NCBI GenBank assembly: GCA_002633005.1
Contig: NMRA01000351.1
Span: 417,720-481,719, forward strand
Length of the DNA stretch: 64,000 bases
Direction of reading: 5' to 3'
DNA from: Phoronis australis
Lineage: Eukaryota > Animalia > Phoronida
Shown: positions 13,357 through 25,246 of the stretch, in pieces
Position numbering within the stretch: position 1 is the first letter of the stretch
Layout of the letters: each line of letters begins with the position of its first letter
Program-made: the position numbers and the translations under genes
Notes under the pieces: generated by a model
Database searches by the model: none
Told to the model about the DNA's origin: nothing
Seen by the model: the letters and a program-made list of their open reading frames with translations, nothing else

Positions 13357-13488
13357 GTGCTGTTTGCGACACTCATGACTGTATTCAGAACAAGTGCAAG
13401 AACAACGCTACCTGTGTTGGCTTCAAGTTCTATTACGAGTGTAACTGCACTGAAGAGTTCTCAGGTCGTTATTGTGAGCACAGAAAAG
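13357..13488 (+). CDS. Gene 1 exon: EGF-like domain (copy A)
   Basis: tgtcag| and g|gtaagg; 132 bp; GAVCDTHDCIQNKCKNNATCVGFKFYYECNCTEEFSGRYCEHRK completes the previous EGF (GFT-GAVCD). Confidence 0.75.
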
Positions 13489-14259
13489 GTAAGGACATTA
13501 CTGACAAAAGTCTTGTANTGATTTGATTAGTATAAACACACTCAGGAACAAGAATTTTCCTCGCATTCTTTTGGCTTATGCCCACTTCACAAATCGGTGA
13601 AATGCTCTCCGATGGACCTTCGGCTCTGTATATGAGCTGAGTATTGGCTAATGTTGATGCAGTCATGAAACCGTGCCCCGTCATCAAAAATTTGCTGATG
13701 CACTCCAAGGGCAAACGGGAAATGTATGGAGTCAGTGGGCGATCTTTAAAATCCCCCTTTGTTTCATGTGATAGTGTGTACATAGGTGAAACATCTCGAA
13801 ATTGTGGTTATCGCCTTAAAGAACACAAAAGATGTATATATCATTTGTGTGGAAAAATATTTTACCAGGTGTGACAGAAAAGTTTCGATGAGACAGTTTA
13901 ATATAAATCTGTCGTTACTGAATCATTCAGTGAAAGAAAACCATGTGATAGACTGGGAGAGCAGCAGTCTAACTGTATGTCAAGAAGCCAACAACTACAA
14001 ACTCAAAATGCAGGGGTCTCTTTACTTCAAACAGACGCTAAGGTGTATGGAAAAAGATGAGAGCTCTCTACGCCTAAACCCTGTTTACGACGCACTACTT
14101 TCAAGTGCTTCACCTAGTTGTGCAGGTAATCACCACGTACTGAGGATGGAAGCACCCAGTCAACAGCAATGTCAAAAATTCCAGTGATAATTCTCGTTTT
14201 TCTATTGGATGGCTAATAAGAAGCTGACTATGATAGGTTTCAATTGGGGTTTTTGTCAG

Positions 14260-14391
14260 GTGCTGTTTGCGACACTCATGACTGTATTCAGAACAAGTGC
14301 AAGAACAACGCCACCTGTGTTGGCTTCAAGTTCTATTACGAGTGTAACTGCACTGACGAGTTCTCAGGTCGTTATTGTGAGCACAGAAAAG
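14260..14391 (+). CDS. Gene 1 exon: EGF-like domain (copy B, probably allelic to copy A)
   Basis: Same exon in the second duplicated block; TDEFS instead of TEEFS. Confidence 0.75.
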
Positions 14392-14631
14392 GTAAGGACA
14401 TTACTGACAAAAGTCTTGTAAAAAACAGTTCACAATTATTGTGTTCACCACTGAACTTAGAGTTTGGATAATTAAAAACCATGCCTTGCGTTTTGGTTTT
14501 GTATTTATATGGAAATGACGACGGTGAAAATGGTGCGTGATGGTTGAGATGAGAACGGGTGACTTGGTTAATAAAGAAGAAGACAATATGGATGTGGGAC
14601 TCTTGTATTGACTGGTTATATACTTTTTCAG

Positions 14632-14802
14632 TTGATGGCGGATTCAGCGAATTCAGCGAGTGGTCTCCATGCAGCCAGTCATGCGGGGGAGGCATGCAGC
14701 AGAGAGGGAGAGAGTGTAATAATCCAGCTCCTGCATTTGGGGGTATGGCATGCCTTGGCGAGGCAAACGAGACAAGGACATGTAACACACACCCGTGTCC
14801 AG
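14632..14802 (+). CDS. Gene 1 exon: thrombospondin type-1 repeat
   Basis: tttcag| and g|gtacat; 171 bp; VDGGFSEFSEWSPCSQSCGGGMQQRGRECNNPAPAFGGMACLG...CNTHPCP. Confidence 0.92.
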
Positions 14803-15648
14803 GTACATTCCACAGTTTGTTTAACATGCATGCAGCCTGACGTCAAAGTTAGTACAACACAGTGGTTCAAAATCTGCATCGGTTGCTTTCAGTTAACAAC
14901 TCGATTACCGCAGCAACTGCTTGTTGGCTACAACATAAACAATTCTGGTCAGTACTGTTTAAGAATTGAGGCGGCGATGGGATATTTTTAGTTTTACTTT
15001 TTTAAAAATTCAGATGGTATAAGCTGAGGTTGCGCGGGATTAATCCAGCTGCAGCGGCGACGCGGTTGGCTGTAAACCGGTCGTGTAGGTTTGGTCGCGA
15101 CGCCAATTCTCATCTCTTACCTTTGTAAACCGGACGTTTTTAATCAATGAAGTCAGTAGCGACTGTCTCTATGCTGCTAAGCCACTACAATTGTGTACCT
15201 TTTGACTGAAAAAGCAAAATTAGTCGGACGCAGACCAGAACCAATAATGCTCTTTTCTTGTGCCCGCACTGAGCACCTTGATTAGCAAGTAACTAAGGTA
15301 AACAGTTGCATAGTTAAGTAATTTTGTCAGTAAGCGACTAAGTGGTTATATAAGTTAGTAAATAAGTAGATAAGTAAGTAAGTAAGCAAGCAAGTAATTA
15401 TTTTAAAGTAAGTACACTGTACTGTAAGTACGTAAGAATGCAAGCACTGCAAGTGCTTAAAATACCCGCATTAAGGAAGTACATGTAGGCATGCTCCGGG
15501 TTCTCCGTCGAATTGTCAAGGCCCAATGAAAAAGTGCATTTACGGAGAATGTGAAAAAAGTGTTGAAGTTGGACAATCATTAGTTACCCAATCGTTGCAG
15601 CCAAGTCTTGGTCCTTCAACATCTTTATTTTCTTCATTTTTCTTCCAG

Positions 15649-15864
15649 TTTGTACCCCAGAGAAACTGGAACGTCCCATTGGCGGCAGTATAAAGTGCCA
15701 ACTGGTCGATGACAATATGGCGTGTAACGCCACGTGTGATGAAGGATATGGATTCGGGTCTCCTGTACCAGAGAACGGTACTTACATATGTGGACCAGCT
15801 ACAGATTGGTGGTGGCCTCATCAAAGTGTGGACAATAAGCGAGCAATCATACCTCAGTGTACTC
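15649..15864 (+). CDS. Gene 1 exon: second Sushi-like domain
   Basis: Long pyrimidine tract ccag|, c|gtatgt donor; 216 bp; VCTPEKLERPIGGSIKC...ACNATCDEGYGF...YICGPATDWWW...IPQCT. Confidence 0.85.
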
Positions 15865-16295
15865 GTATGTTTTTGATTATCATATTTTTATCATAGTTTC
15901 TTCTCATTGGCCCGTAGTACCTTCAAACACTATGTTGATCTATTTATACATGTATCGTTGATTCCTTTTTCTACTTTTTTATTTTTATATTCCTTGTTAA
16001 ATTTGACTATCCTTCCTTGTTAACACCGACATCATACCTCAGACTTGTTAACACCGACATCATACCACAGCCAGTATATTCAATCAAATGAAGTTTGACT
16101 TGCTAATTTGATGATTAAAATGGCTACAACATACTGTTTTCAATGTAAAATTATGGCAGTAGTGGTAAAGATGCGTCCCGCTCGCGCAGCATTGTGTGAA
16201 AATATTGCAGAAACAGAATTACGCCGTGGTATTTCAGGGTGTGTCGAATATAACCATATGTGGAGTTGTCGTTGACATCTAATCGATCGTTGCAG

Positions 16296-16394
16296 GTCAA
16301 GCAAGAGTGAACAAAAACTTTGTGTGGATAAATTCTTACCCTCAAACGGACTGCGAGGATCTCAGTTCAGTTCTTGCCGTGAAAAATAAAGTGG
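16296..16394 (+). CDS. Gene 1 exon: start of second SEA-like region
   Basis: tgcag| and g|gtaagt; 99 bp phase 1-1, open: RQARVNKNFVWINSYPQTDCEDLSSVLAVKNKV. Confidence 0.7.
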
Positions 16395-16835
16395 GTAAGT
16401 TGTAGTTCAGTGCCAACGGCTGTGTTTCCAGACTGAACGTTATATACCGTACAATGATGTGTACATGTATTGGCAATTTGCTTTATGCGTGTATCTGTGC
16501 ACCGGAAGACAGGCGTGGTGGGCATACGTCAGATATGGCTACAGCTGTACGACAAGGGTCTGTTTTCTTGTCCGCTCGAATTGGCTGGCGTAACTCAGAG
16601 GAAGAACACTGGTGTCACTGATTGGAGTATGTCTGGAATGAAAATACAGGTTTGAATGAGTGCACAGGCCTATCGAGCTAGTCATGGGAGACAGCATTGC
16701 GGTGTCTTGTTTTAACCAATGTTAAAAGCACAGCATAATTCAAAACAATCGGAAATTCTGTCGAGTCATTGATTGAAAGCAATCTCTCTTTCTTTTGGTC
16801 TCGAATTCCCAAATAGTTTCAACTGCATCTTGCAG

Positions 16836-17009
16836 ACATGAATTCCAACGAGGTAACAAAAGGACTGAGTTGCATGAGAGATGCTTCATGTAAAAAGCCG
16901 CTAGTTAGCGCCAGTTGTCCGAATAGACCTGACAGAGTGAAGAGAGGCGCTGATGTAGACAAGTCTATTGTAGTTAGTGTCGTTATACAGTCTAACGTGA
17001 CGGAAAGAG
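16836..17009 (+). CDS. Gene 1 exon: second SEA-like region with furin site RVKR
   Basis: tgcag| and g|gtatgt; 174 bp; LSCMRDASC...SCPNRPDRVKRGADVDKSIVVSVVI. Confidence 0.8.
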
Positions 17010-17358
17010 GTATGTATGACAGAAACGAATAAAAACCCGCCGAATTCTATCAATATTGTTACTTTAGGTTTCATGTTTTGTCTCAGACGAATTCATAGTT
17101 TATTCACACTCATCTCTATAAAATCTGAGGAACATTTTTTTTTAATTGCACGAGCGTCGTCATGGCCTCTTTTGGACGCAAAGCACGCGACCTTCGTTTT
17201 TACGCACGGCCTTTCATTGAGGTGTGGGGATATCATATGTCCTCCATCAGTGCAGAATTCAATGAACATTCCAATTGCAGCCGTTGTAGACAGTGCGCTG
17301 CATGTGCTCGTGGTTCTACAAATAACACACTTTCAATGGACACCATTTATCAACATAG

Positions 17359-17541
17359 GTTTGAAAAAGCTGGTTACAGAAATGGACCACGTGGCATCAG
17401 AAGCTAAACAGCTTATAAAGAACGGAAGCCTGGACGTCGTCATCAACGGAACCATGTACGGACCACAGGAGAATGCCACCTATGGGAATATAGATTCGTG
17501 CCCACCTGGTGCTGTGTTGGCCTATGACGGGAACTTTTGTG
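17359..17541 (+). CDS. Gene 1 exon: end of second SEA-like region
   Basis: catag| and g|gtacgc; 183 bp; GLKKLVTEM...KNGSLDVVING...SCPPGAVLAYDGNFC parallels ...SGNISL...KCPPGKV of the first module. Confidence 0.8.
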
Positions 17542-17669
17542 GTACGCCCATTAATTAATTACTCCCTCATAACTTCGTATTCGGCCGTACAAGTTTTCCA
17601 GTGGAACATTCTACAGTGTGTCGCCAATACGTGTGAACCTCATAATGCTTCACTGTTTTTATTTTCCAG

Positions 17670-17846
17670 TAATGTGCCGAGCTGGGACGTTCTTTACATC
17701 AAACGCCAATAATAACAGTGATGTGGCCTGTGCGTTGTGTGATGTTGACCATTACCAGCCTCAGGAAGGCCAGACAAGCTGCATACCTTGTCCTGAGGGT
17801 GGCATTACAGAGGAGAGAGGCGCGACATCTATCGACCAATGTTTGC
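17670..17846 (+). CDS. Gene 1 exon: second GCC2/GCC3 repeat
   Basis: ttccag| and c|gtgagt; 177 bp; MCRAGTFF...CALCDVDHYQPQEGQTSCIPCPEGGITEERGATSIDQC. Confidence 0.9.
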
Positions 17847-18889
17847 GTGAGTGTATTTTCTTATTATTGTCTTCAGTGACGCCAGTTAGCTCCTTTAGTG
17901 AGTCTACGGTTTCGTTCACTCATTCGTCATTGTTGTCCCTCCAAGCTTAAGCAAAAAGAGACGTCGTTGGCATATCTTTTGGCTAATGCCCGACCGTTCG
18001 CCTTAATGACGTCCTAAATCCGCCTCTGTTCTTGGTTTTTTCTAAAGAGGCAGTTTGTTGAGGAAGGGGTTAAGTCCCCTGAACCTCATCCGTAGGTCCG
18101 TCGCTGCCGTCATTTTTGTACATCCGAGTACAGACCGAGATTAGAACTTAGACGTCTCTGATGTAGTATGGTCCATGACTGGTCATAAAACGAGGTCAAG
18201 TAATTAGTTAAGAGGATTGGCCTCTAAACAAGAACACAGATTGATTATCTGGCTGTTGCCTTCTACTCTTTTAAAAATAACATTCCACTTTAAAGTTCGC
18301 TCACCTTAGTAAGTTCACTTTCCGTGTAACTATACTGCGCTGTTGCTTGCTTATATATGTAGTACATGCCCGTAACGGACTGTACATTTGTTTTCTTTAC
18401 TAAAAAATCATTATGCATTGAGAGTCAACAGCTTAACAAAGTGTTTTTGAATTACCTACATCCATTTTAAATGTGAAAGTAAGGATATCTATCAAGCTAG
18501 TCAACTCACGTAATTTTGCAATGAGGAAGTCAATAGAGTCAGAACCGAGTCTATGTTTTCGGTTTGCAGAGAGTGAAGAAAGAGGCTGGAACCAACCACT
18601 TCAATGAACCGACAATGCACTTCTCTCTGCCAGTGTTCCTCAATTTGGAATTATTTTGAGAAAAACACCGTTGCAGGCAACGTTTTCATTCTACACAGAG
18701 CTTCAAAGCTGTATAACTGACCATTGTGCAGATATAAATTTTTACATTTGTATATTGTCATAGTTATTCCAATTTCTGATTGATGACAATATAATCGCCG
18801 AGGAAGGATACGAGAACTCATTGACGAAGGGTGATTTTGTTTTTTCCTCCGTACTAATTTGGGATTACCCTACATCTTATTGTTTTCAG

Positions 18890-19049
18890 TTCCAACGACA
18901 GGGGGTGTAAGTCCGACAGTGGTCGTGACTGTAAAGACAACGCCACCTGGCGGCCTCAGTCAAACAGAAGTAATTCTCATTGCGGTCCTGGTCCCCGTTG
19001 GTGTCCTCAGTATCATCGCTGTCATCATTATTATCGTGCTGAAAAAAAG
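18890..19049 (+). CDS. Gene 1 exon: Thr/Pro stalk and transmembrane helix
   Basis: tttcag| acceptor; PTTGGVSPTVVVTVKTTPPGGLSQTEVILIAVLVPVGVLSIIAVIIIIVLKK. The 3' end is either a weak donor (ag|gtaaac) or read-through to TAA ending at 19053. Confidence 0.85.
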
Positions 19050-19931
19050 GTAAACTATTGGCTGTCATCATTGTAATCAATTGTCGTAAACAGAAGTATA
19101 CAGTATACATGTACACCAAGTGGCGCAATGAATAATCGGATGTAGTCCAAATAGACGCAACTAGTAAAATATTTATTCAGAGGATCATTACAGATCCGCA
19201 GGATAGTAACTTAATTAGGCGACGGGTGCAAAACCGCCCCCAGATGGCAGGTAAGGTGCGCTGATGGCGTGTCAGTCACTTTCTTTGAGATCTGCTTCAG
19301 CGAATTGGGTATTTTTTTCGATTTTACTCAGAAGAATCGTCGCCGATCTAGGGATTATATGAATTTATGAAAACCGGTAAGGATTGACGAGCTTGGAAGT
19401 GGTCTGTAAGAGATTACCGAGAAGGAAATCGGCCTGTAATCCTCGGGAGTATCTTCCGACAAGGCAGATATATGCTAATCACAGAATTGATGCCCTCTTT
19501 TCAATACCTGGCTACGACCCTGGTCCAAAAGGCGCTATTTGACAGGACCTTCGGCCGAAAAACTTCAAGGTGATAGTAATACACGTCTTGATAATGACAT
19601 TGTTTCCAGGATTAATGTCCCTTTGACCTACTTAACGTTAAGTGAAATTGATTAAATACACGACACTTTTCGTTATTAACAGTCTTCATTCCGTTCCGTT
19701 CGTATCCCCAGAACGCAGTTCTAACACTCAACAGAACATTGATGAACCAACTGACCAAGAGGCATGATAAAAAGACACACAATATCTCGAAACTTATTTG
19801 TTTCATTCTCAATTGGAAATAAAATGACGTAGTAATACCACCACAGAGAAAAAACTGAAGACCCACACAGTGGGACACGGCAGGTGTGAAATATTGCAAA
19901 GAATGACAAATGAAGGGGGGTAACAGGAAAG

Positions 19932-20480
19932 TCACACAAACAAGTGTAACGTGCGGCGCGACCCTGTTTGCTGCTCATTTAAAACAGGCTTCTCAAATGC
20001 ATTCAAAAGGGACTCCAATATTTTCAGTCGCAGCACATCATGCTCTAAGTACTGAATTGACGTATTTTCCGTAATTTCTTGACGGGTGATTTTACGTTCG
20101 TGACATTGCAGAAAATATTCTTGAATGGCGACATTTTGAAGCTGCATAAATAACCGACGGGAAAAACTGCAAACTGTTTGACCAATGTAACGTTGCTTGG
20201 CATTTAAACGAAGACATTCATTCATAGGGCAAACAAACCCATAAACATCAGTACACTGGGCAACGGGGAGGACCAAATTTGTTACCCTGGCGCAACAAAT
20301 CGTGAAAATTGGAAGACTGTTTAATTTGAGATACATTGTATACTTGAGAAAAATTGTATGTTGTAAATACTGCATATCCGCTACAAAAATTGAACACGTT
20401 TTGTTTGTAAAGTATGGAAATTAAGCTTTCTAAAAACTTTGTATTCATTCTCCGATTTCTAATCGCCTTGAGCGTTTAAT
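19932..20480 (-). mobile_element. Penelope-like element 3' fragment (GIY-YIG endonuclease), second family
   Basis: ORF 19932-20375(-): VYGFVCP..EC...YIGQT...SRRL...AIQEYF...ENTSI...RLKILESLL...KPVLNEQ, matching GIY-YIG motifs (xY, YIG, R, E, N). Confidence 0.7.
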
Positions 20481-20571
20481 AGTCGAAACAAAAGTGAATG
20501 TACTGTGTTCAATGTAAAGAAAAAGGTGAGTTTCAAACGTGAACATGCCGTTGCGTAGTTGGGGCCTAAGG

Positions 20572-21149
20572 CTCGCTGGTTACCTGCGTGCCACTAGGTG
20601 GTCAGTAGTCAGCACGCAGATATCACTTAATTTTCCTCGGGAAATTTTTTACATCGGCGTTTCTGATTGGCTTGTCGAATTCTCAACAGGCAGCTCTTTA
20701 CGCAAGCAAACTGGCATGACTGATGGACTGAAGTGTAAATGTGGTCTGTTCTACAGACAAATCGGTGCTTAAAATTTATGTTCAGGAAATGTGAATCCTA
20801 GAAATTGTGGTTGCGCCTATTCGGAGTGCATCTTTCTACTGTCGATGACTTTTGGTTACGATACTCTCCTGTATCCATACAGTATGAATAACACACCGGT
20901 TAAATCGGCCAGATATGTGTTTATTGTACATGTACATGTGCTTCAAGCACGCGGTATAAAACATCACTGCAGAAACGAAATAGTTGCTTCGACGCCACTT
21001 GCACGACAAGGCAAAAAGCGTTCACAGTCCGCCATTTTTTACGGTGTTGTAAGGTAATCAATGGCTGTTGAAGTTACATCAACCAATGCTAAAGCGCGTG
21101 CCACTACGTGATACCTGCGTGCTGGCTAGGCACGTAAGGAACCAGCGAG
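20572..21149. mobile_element. Non-autonomous TIR element with 10-bp TSD (Mutator-like by TSD length)
   Basis: GGGCCTAAGG direct repeats at 20562-20571 and 21150-21159 flank imperfect TIRs CTCGCTGGTT...CAGCACGCAG.TATCAC. Confidence 0.7.
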
Positions 21150-24100
21150 GGGCCTAAGGATGACAAGCACTTCTCTTAATGGTATTATTTCAGGCGTAAA
21201 GCATCAGCAAACATGACGCAGACTGCCAAGGGAGATGAGCAGGGTGATTCGTCAAAAGGAGGTCCTGAGTATGAGATGCTTCATCGAACAGAAAATACTT
21301 AAGTGAACGTCTGTCGCCTAAGTGAATGAGCTTGTTGTAACGAATATTTTGTGCCTTGGCGTGACCACGGTTATAGACTATCACATACGAAGTTTTGCAG
21401 CAGAGTATTTAACAATAATGGCAGTTTCCTGGCTCATGGGCTGGTTCCGTAAAGTTTGTAACTCGTGCGACACTTGGGCGAAAAATTTTGACGTGTGGAA
21501 CGAAAATGATCAGTTTACGTGCGTTTTTCATACAATTCAACATTCCAGCGTTGCCGTCCACTTTCATTGGTGACCATTTTGAGAGTGCTGGTGCGCAAAC
21601 CAGGTTGCTAGCTTGCTCACGAAACATCACTTTTCACGTGAGTGATCTCATTACATTTGCAAAATATTAGCTTTACGTAATGCACTCCTGGTAGGCATAG
21701 TAACGTACAAGGAACGCCAGGCATTTATACGCTTAGCTGAAAAGAAAACTTTTCTCGGGTAATTTAGTCTGCATAGCGCCTTCGAGCATGGAGAGGTACC
21801 CTCAATTAACGACTGAAAGTTGTGAATGGCCCCGTGACTTGTCATGCATGCGCCCACCGACATAAGAAAATCGTGGGCATGTAACAAAAATATTTGTATT
21901 TCGTCAACCTAATAATTGAAGTTATACTGTACTTTGATACGTTCTAGTATTGGACATGTCTCGTGTACATGTAAGTGTTACTAATTTTGTGATGACTGAG
22001 GTCTGTTTCATTATAGTGACTTAGACTAAGACTGGAAATTACGTTCCACACAAGTATTTCTGAAAAAATAATCAAATTTTACTTCAGCAAAGGAACAGCA
22101 TCTCGGCTAATATACACATAACAGCTACATGTAGTTACTGATGTTATTTCTGTAAGTCATTTCTGGACTTTGATGTGCTCGCTATTGCTTGAATGAACCT
22201 TTACTCAGCAATTGTACAGTGAGAGCGTGATCAACTTCCTGTGACAAGTCTTGAGTCTCGTGATTAAACAGGTACCATGGTGTCTGATACGAAAGATGAT
22301 GAATACCGATGTACCTGTAAGCTGAATGAATGTGTTTTAATCGTGTTGCAAAATTTTGTTAACACCTAAACACATGTACCGTATTCCATTATCGTTGGGT
22401 ACTGGGCTTTTTAAAAAAAAATTCCTTGGTCGTTTGGGGGCATTTTTGTTTTGATGTTTAAAGTTGTACATTTCCATGAAATTGGCGATCTCTGTAAAAC
22501 CGACTTGGTGTAGAAGATACTTAGAAATAAAAAAATTAGATGTCCATAAGGGTTGTTACTGCAATCAACGTTCCAATAGGTTGGCTTAACTCCTGAAATT
22601 TGGCCCTGAATCAAATTTTAGAAATTTATTAATTGTATTGATTTGCTCTTTCTGCTGAATGCCTTGATAAGTGTTTTAGTTGCTTACAGTTGTGGTGTCG
22701 TACCATCGCATAGCCTCGGAGTCCTGCCTAACCCTTCGTGAAAACCGGCGACGTATGCAAATTTGTTGACATTTCCATTAAATCCAAGAAAGCTTAACAA
22801 GTACTTTTAAGTAGCTTACATGAGAAATTGTCCCCAGACTTCCAATTTATAATATCTTGTTATCAACTTTTATAACAGGTAAAATTTTGGCCTTATTAAA
22901 TGTAGCTTAGAAACGTGTCATTGAAAAAAAGAACAGAAATTTGTAATTTATTTTTTGCCAAAGTGACCTTGTAGGTGTCAGAAAGTAATTACTTAACTAC
23001 ATTAGATTGTAATTTCTAAATCAACAAAGATCATTTCCAAAGACATAGTGATCTGTTTACACAAATGTTCTGCCTATTTACACTGGCATGGAGTTTCGCG
23101 TGTTGGTCATTTCCCCGGCCATCTTCACGTGGTTTAAAAGCGTCCCAGGACGAAGTAAAGATTCTCAAATTCATCACACTGCCAGTCATTTTGTATTTTT
23201 CACTTTATCTTAAAAATGCTGCCGCATTGACCATGTTTCCACGGAGTCGACGAAAATGGTACTCATTTTAGATATTCGATTATTATGGCAACATTTGCAA
23301 AATGTACCCATGCATACAAAACTTAACATAATCTTTGAACAGAGTAGTGTTGTTGTAATGTAGAGACGTGTTAAGATTATCTTAATTGGTTTGGAAATTA
23401 CAAAGCTTTGCAAATTTGGGAACATTTTTATAGGCACGTGGAACCGAATTTTTGGCACGCTGTCAAGTTGAGGGGAAGGGGAGGGAAACTGAGGAGGAGG
23501 GGGAGGGAGAAAGGGATAGAGCCGGAGAGAGGGAGCGAGGGAATGAGGGAGGGAAGGAGGGAGGGAGGGACAAGTAAATACTATGCGTGCATCGAGTCCT
23601 TTTTTCCTTTTCTGAATGTTCTCAAAACTGGTGCGTAACGACAGCGAATACCTGAAAATGACGCCAGCAAATAAAATATTTGGTTGAGCGAACCACATGT
23701 AGATTTGAACAATTGACGTCGTGTTTTAACATGATAAACAGGTGTTCTACATAATTATAGTGTGCTTGCCGCCCACGAAATGCCCCCACGCGGAAGTTCG
23801 TACACACGAGGAAATAATTCAACTTAATGTTTTGTAGATAACCATTTTGGACTGTAAAACAAAACATAAATGTAAATTTAGAAAACCGCCGCTTACGTTA
23901 GCGTTATCGTATTCGGTTTCTCCAGTGCCGAGAAAGAATTATCTGATGCCCTCACAAAAGTTTTGTAGCCGGGAATTTGACCAATACGCCTTCGTAAAAA
24001 GCGTCGTTTTCACCTGGAAATGAATCATATGCATTAAAAGAAAGTGAACATGCAACGTGTAGAACAAGATACCCAGGAAGACGTCTTACAGCTTGGATAA

Positions 24101-25067
24101 TTGTTACGAGGGCAACATGAATTCCTGTAATAACTGACGTGAAGGCAACGTGCAGAAATAACCCGGAAGACATGATTAATTGTATAACTAAAGCGCCACT
24201 GCTTTCGCTTTGTCTGAAGGCTCTGGTGAGTCTTATAATTATTCTAAGCAAAGAAAACGTGAACTTTTAACTGAAACGGCGGTCACATGATTACAAAAAT
24301 TGTTTTTTACTCATATAAATCGCAGTGAATGTACTTTTATGTATTTACATTAAACAGTTAAGAAAACTATTTCGTAAACTTGGAGAGTGAACCCGACGGT
24401 TCACGTGTTTGGTAGCCTCAAAACGAGGAAATAGGTAATAACGAGCAAATTACAAGTGTGTCGAATTGCCGATTGTTTATTTATCAGTAACACAATAGCA
24501 GTAACTGCCACATGTCATTATGCTAGTTCATTTTCAAGTTGTCAAGTTAAAACTATACAGGAACCCAGAACAATGTCCAAGTTTGTCTACGTTTGAAACA
24601 TCATAGGTAAAAAAACAGCAAACTGGATTTAAATGAAACTTTTAAATACTGTGTTTAAAGCACTGTTCGCCAAAATGATGTTTTAGAATTGTATTCGTAG
24701 TGTTCCAATTCCGCATGAGGGGCTATCAAAAAGTATTTTGTGATGTTTAGCAATCAACAAAAAGAAAAAAAAATCAAAGGCGTCGTAAAAGAAAACGAAA
24801 TGAGATTACATGATAGGCAATTATACATTATTAACGAAAGTTTGGTCACGTTATTGTTACAGTTGCTTTTGCCATGACTGTACCTTTCGTTTTCACGAAA
24901 TTTTACTAAAATGCAAGGTCACGTGACCACATTGCAGGCATATTGATATGATAAAGTCAAAAGAAAATTTCTACAGGCCTTGTATTTTCAGAAAACATAT
25001 GATTTCGCTGAATTAAATTCTATAGTCTTGCAGATATTTAGCTAAATGCACGCTGAGATTGTCTATG

Positions 25068-25246
25068 AGCGTTAGTATTCATCAGCGTTAGTATTCATCA
25101 GCGTTAGTATTCATCAGCGTTAGTATTCATCAGCGTTAGTATTCATCAGCGTTAGTATTCATCAGCGTTAGTATTCATCAGCGTTAGTATTCATCAGCGT
25201 TATTATTCATCAGCGTTAGTATTCATCAGCGTTAGTATTCATCAGC
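25068..25246. repeat. Minisatellite (AGCGTTAGTATTCATC) x ~11
   Basis: 16-bp head-to-tail units, one G>T variant, no spacers. Confidence 0.95.

Larger units (their letters stand above)
12616..14420. repeat. Tandem duplication 12616-13517 / 13519-14420 separated by a single N (13518)
   Basis: 903-bp offset with few substitutions; the junction is exactly at the N. Confidence 0.9.

Noticed and set aside
20483-20525. Cytoplasmic-tail exon for gene 1 (SRNKSECTVFNVKKK|gtgagt)
   Set aside because: Phase fits, but the acceptor is weak and abuts the antisense Penelope-like remnant; not supportable without RNA data.
25068-25246. CRISPR array
   Set aside because: Contiguous identical units with no spacers, no cas genes, eukaryotic context.
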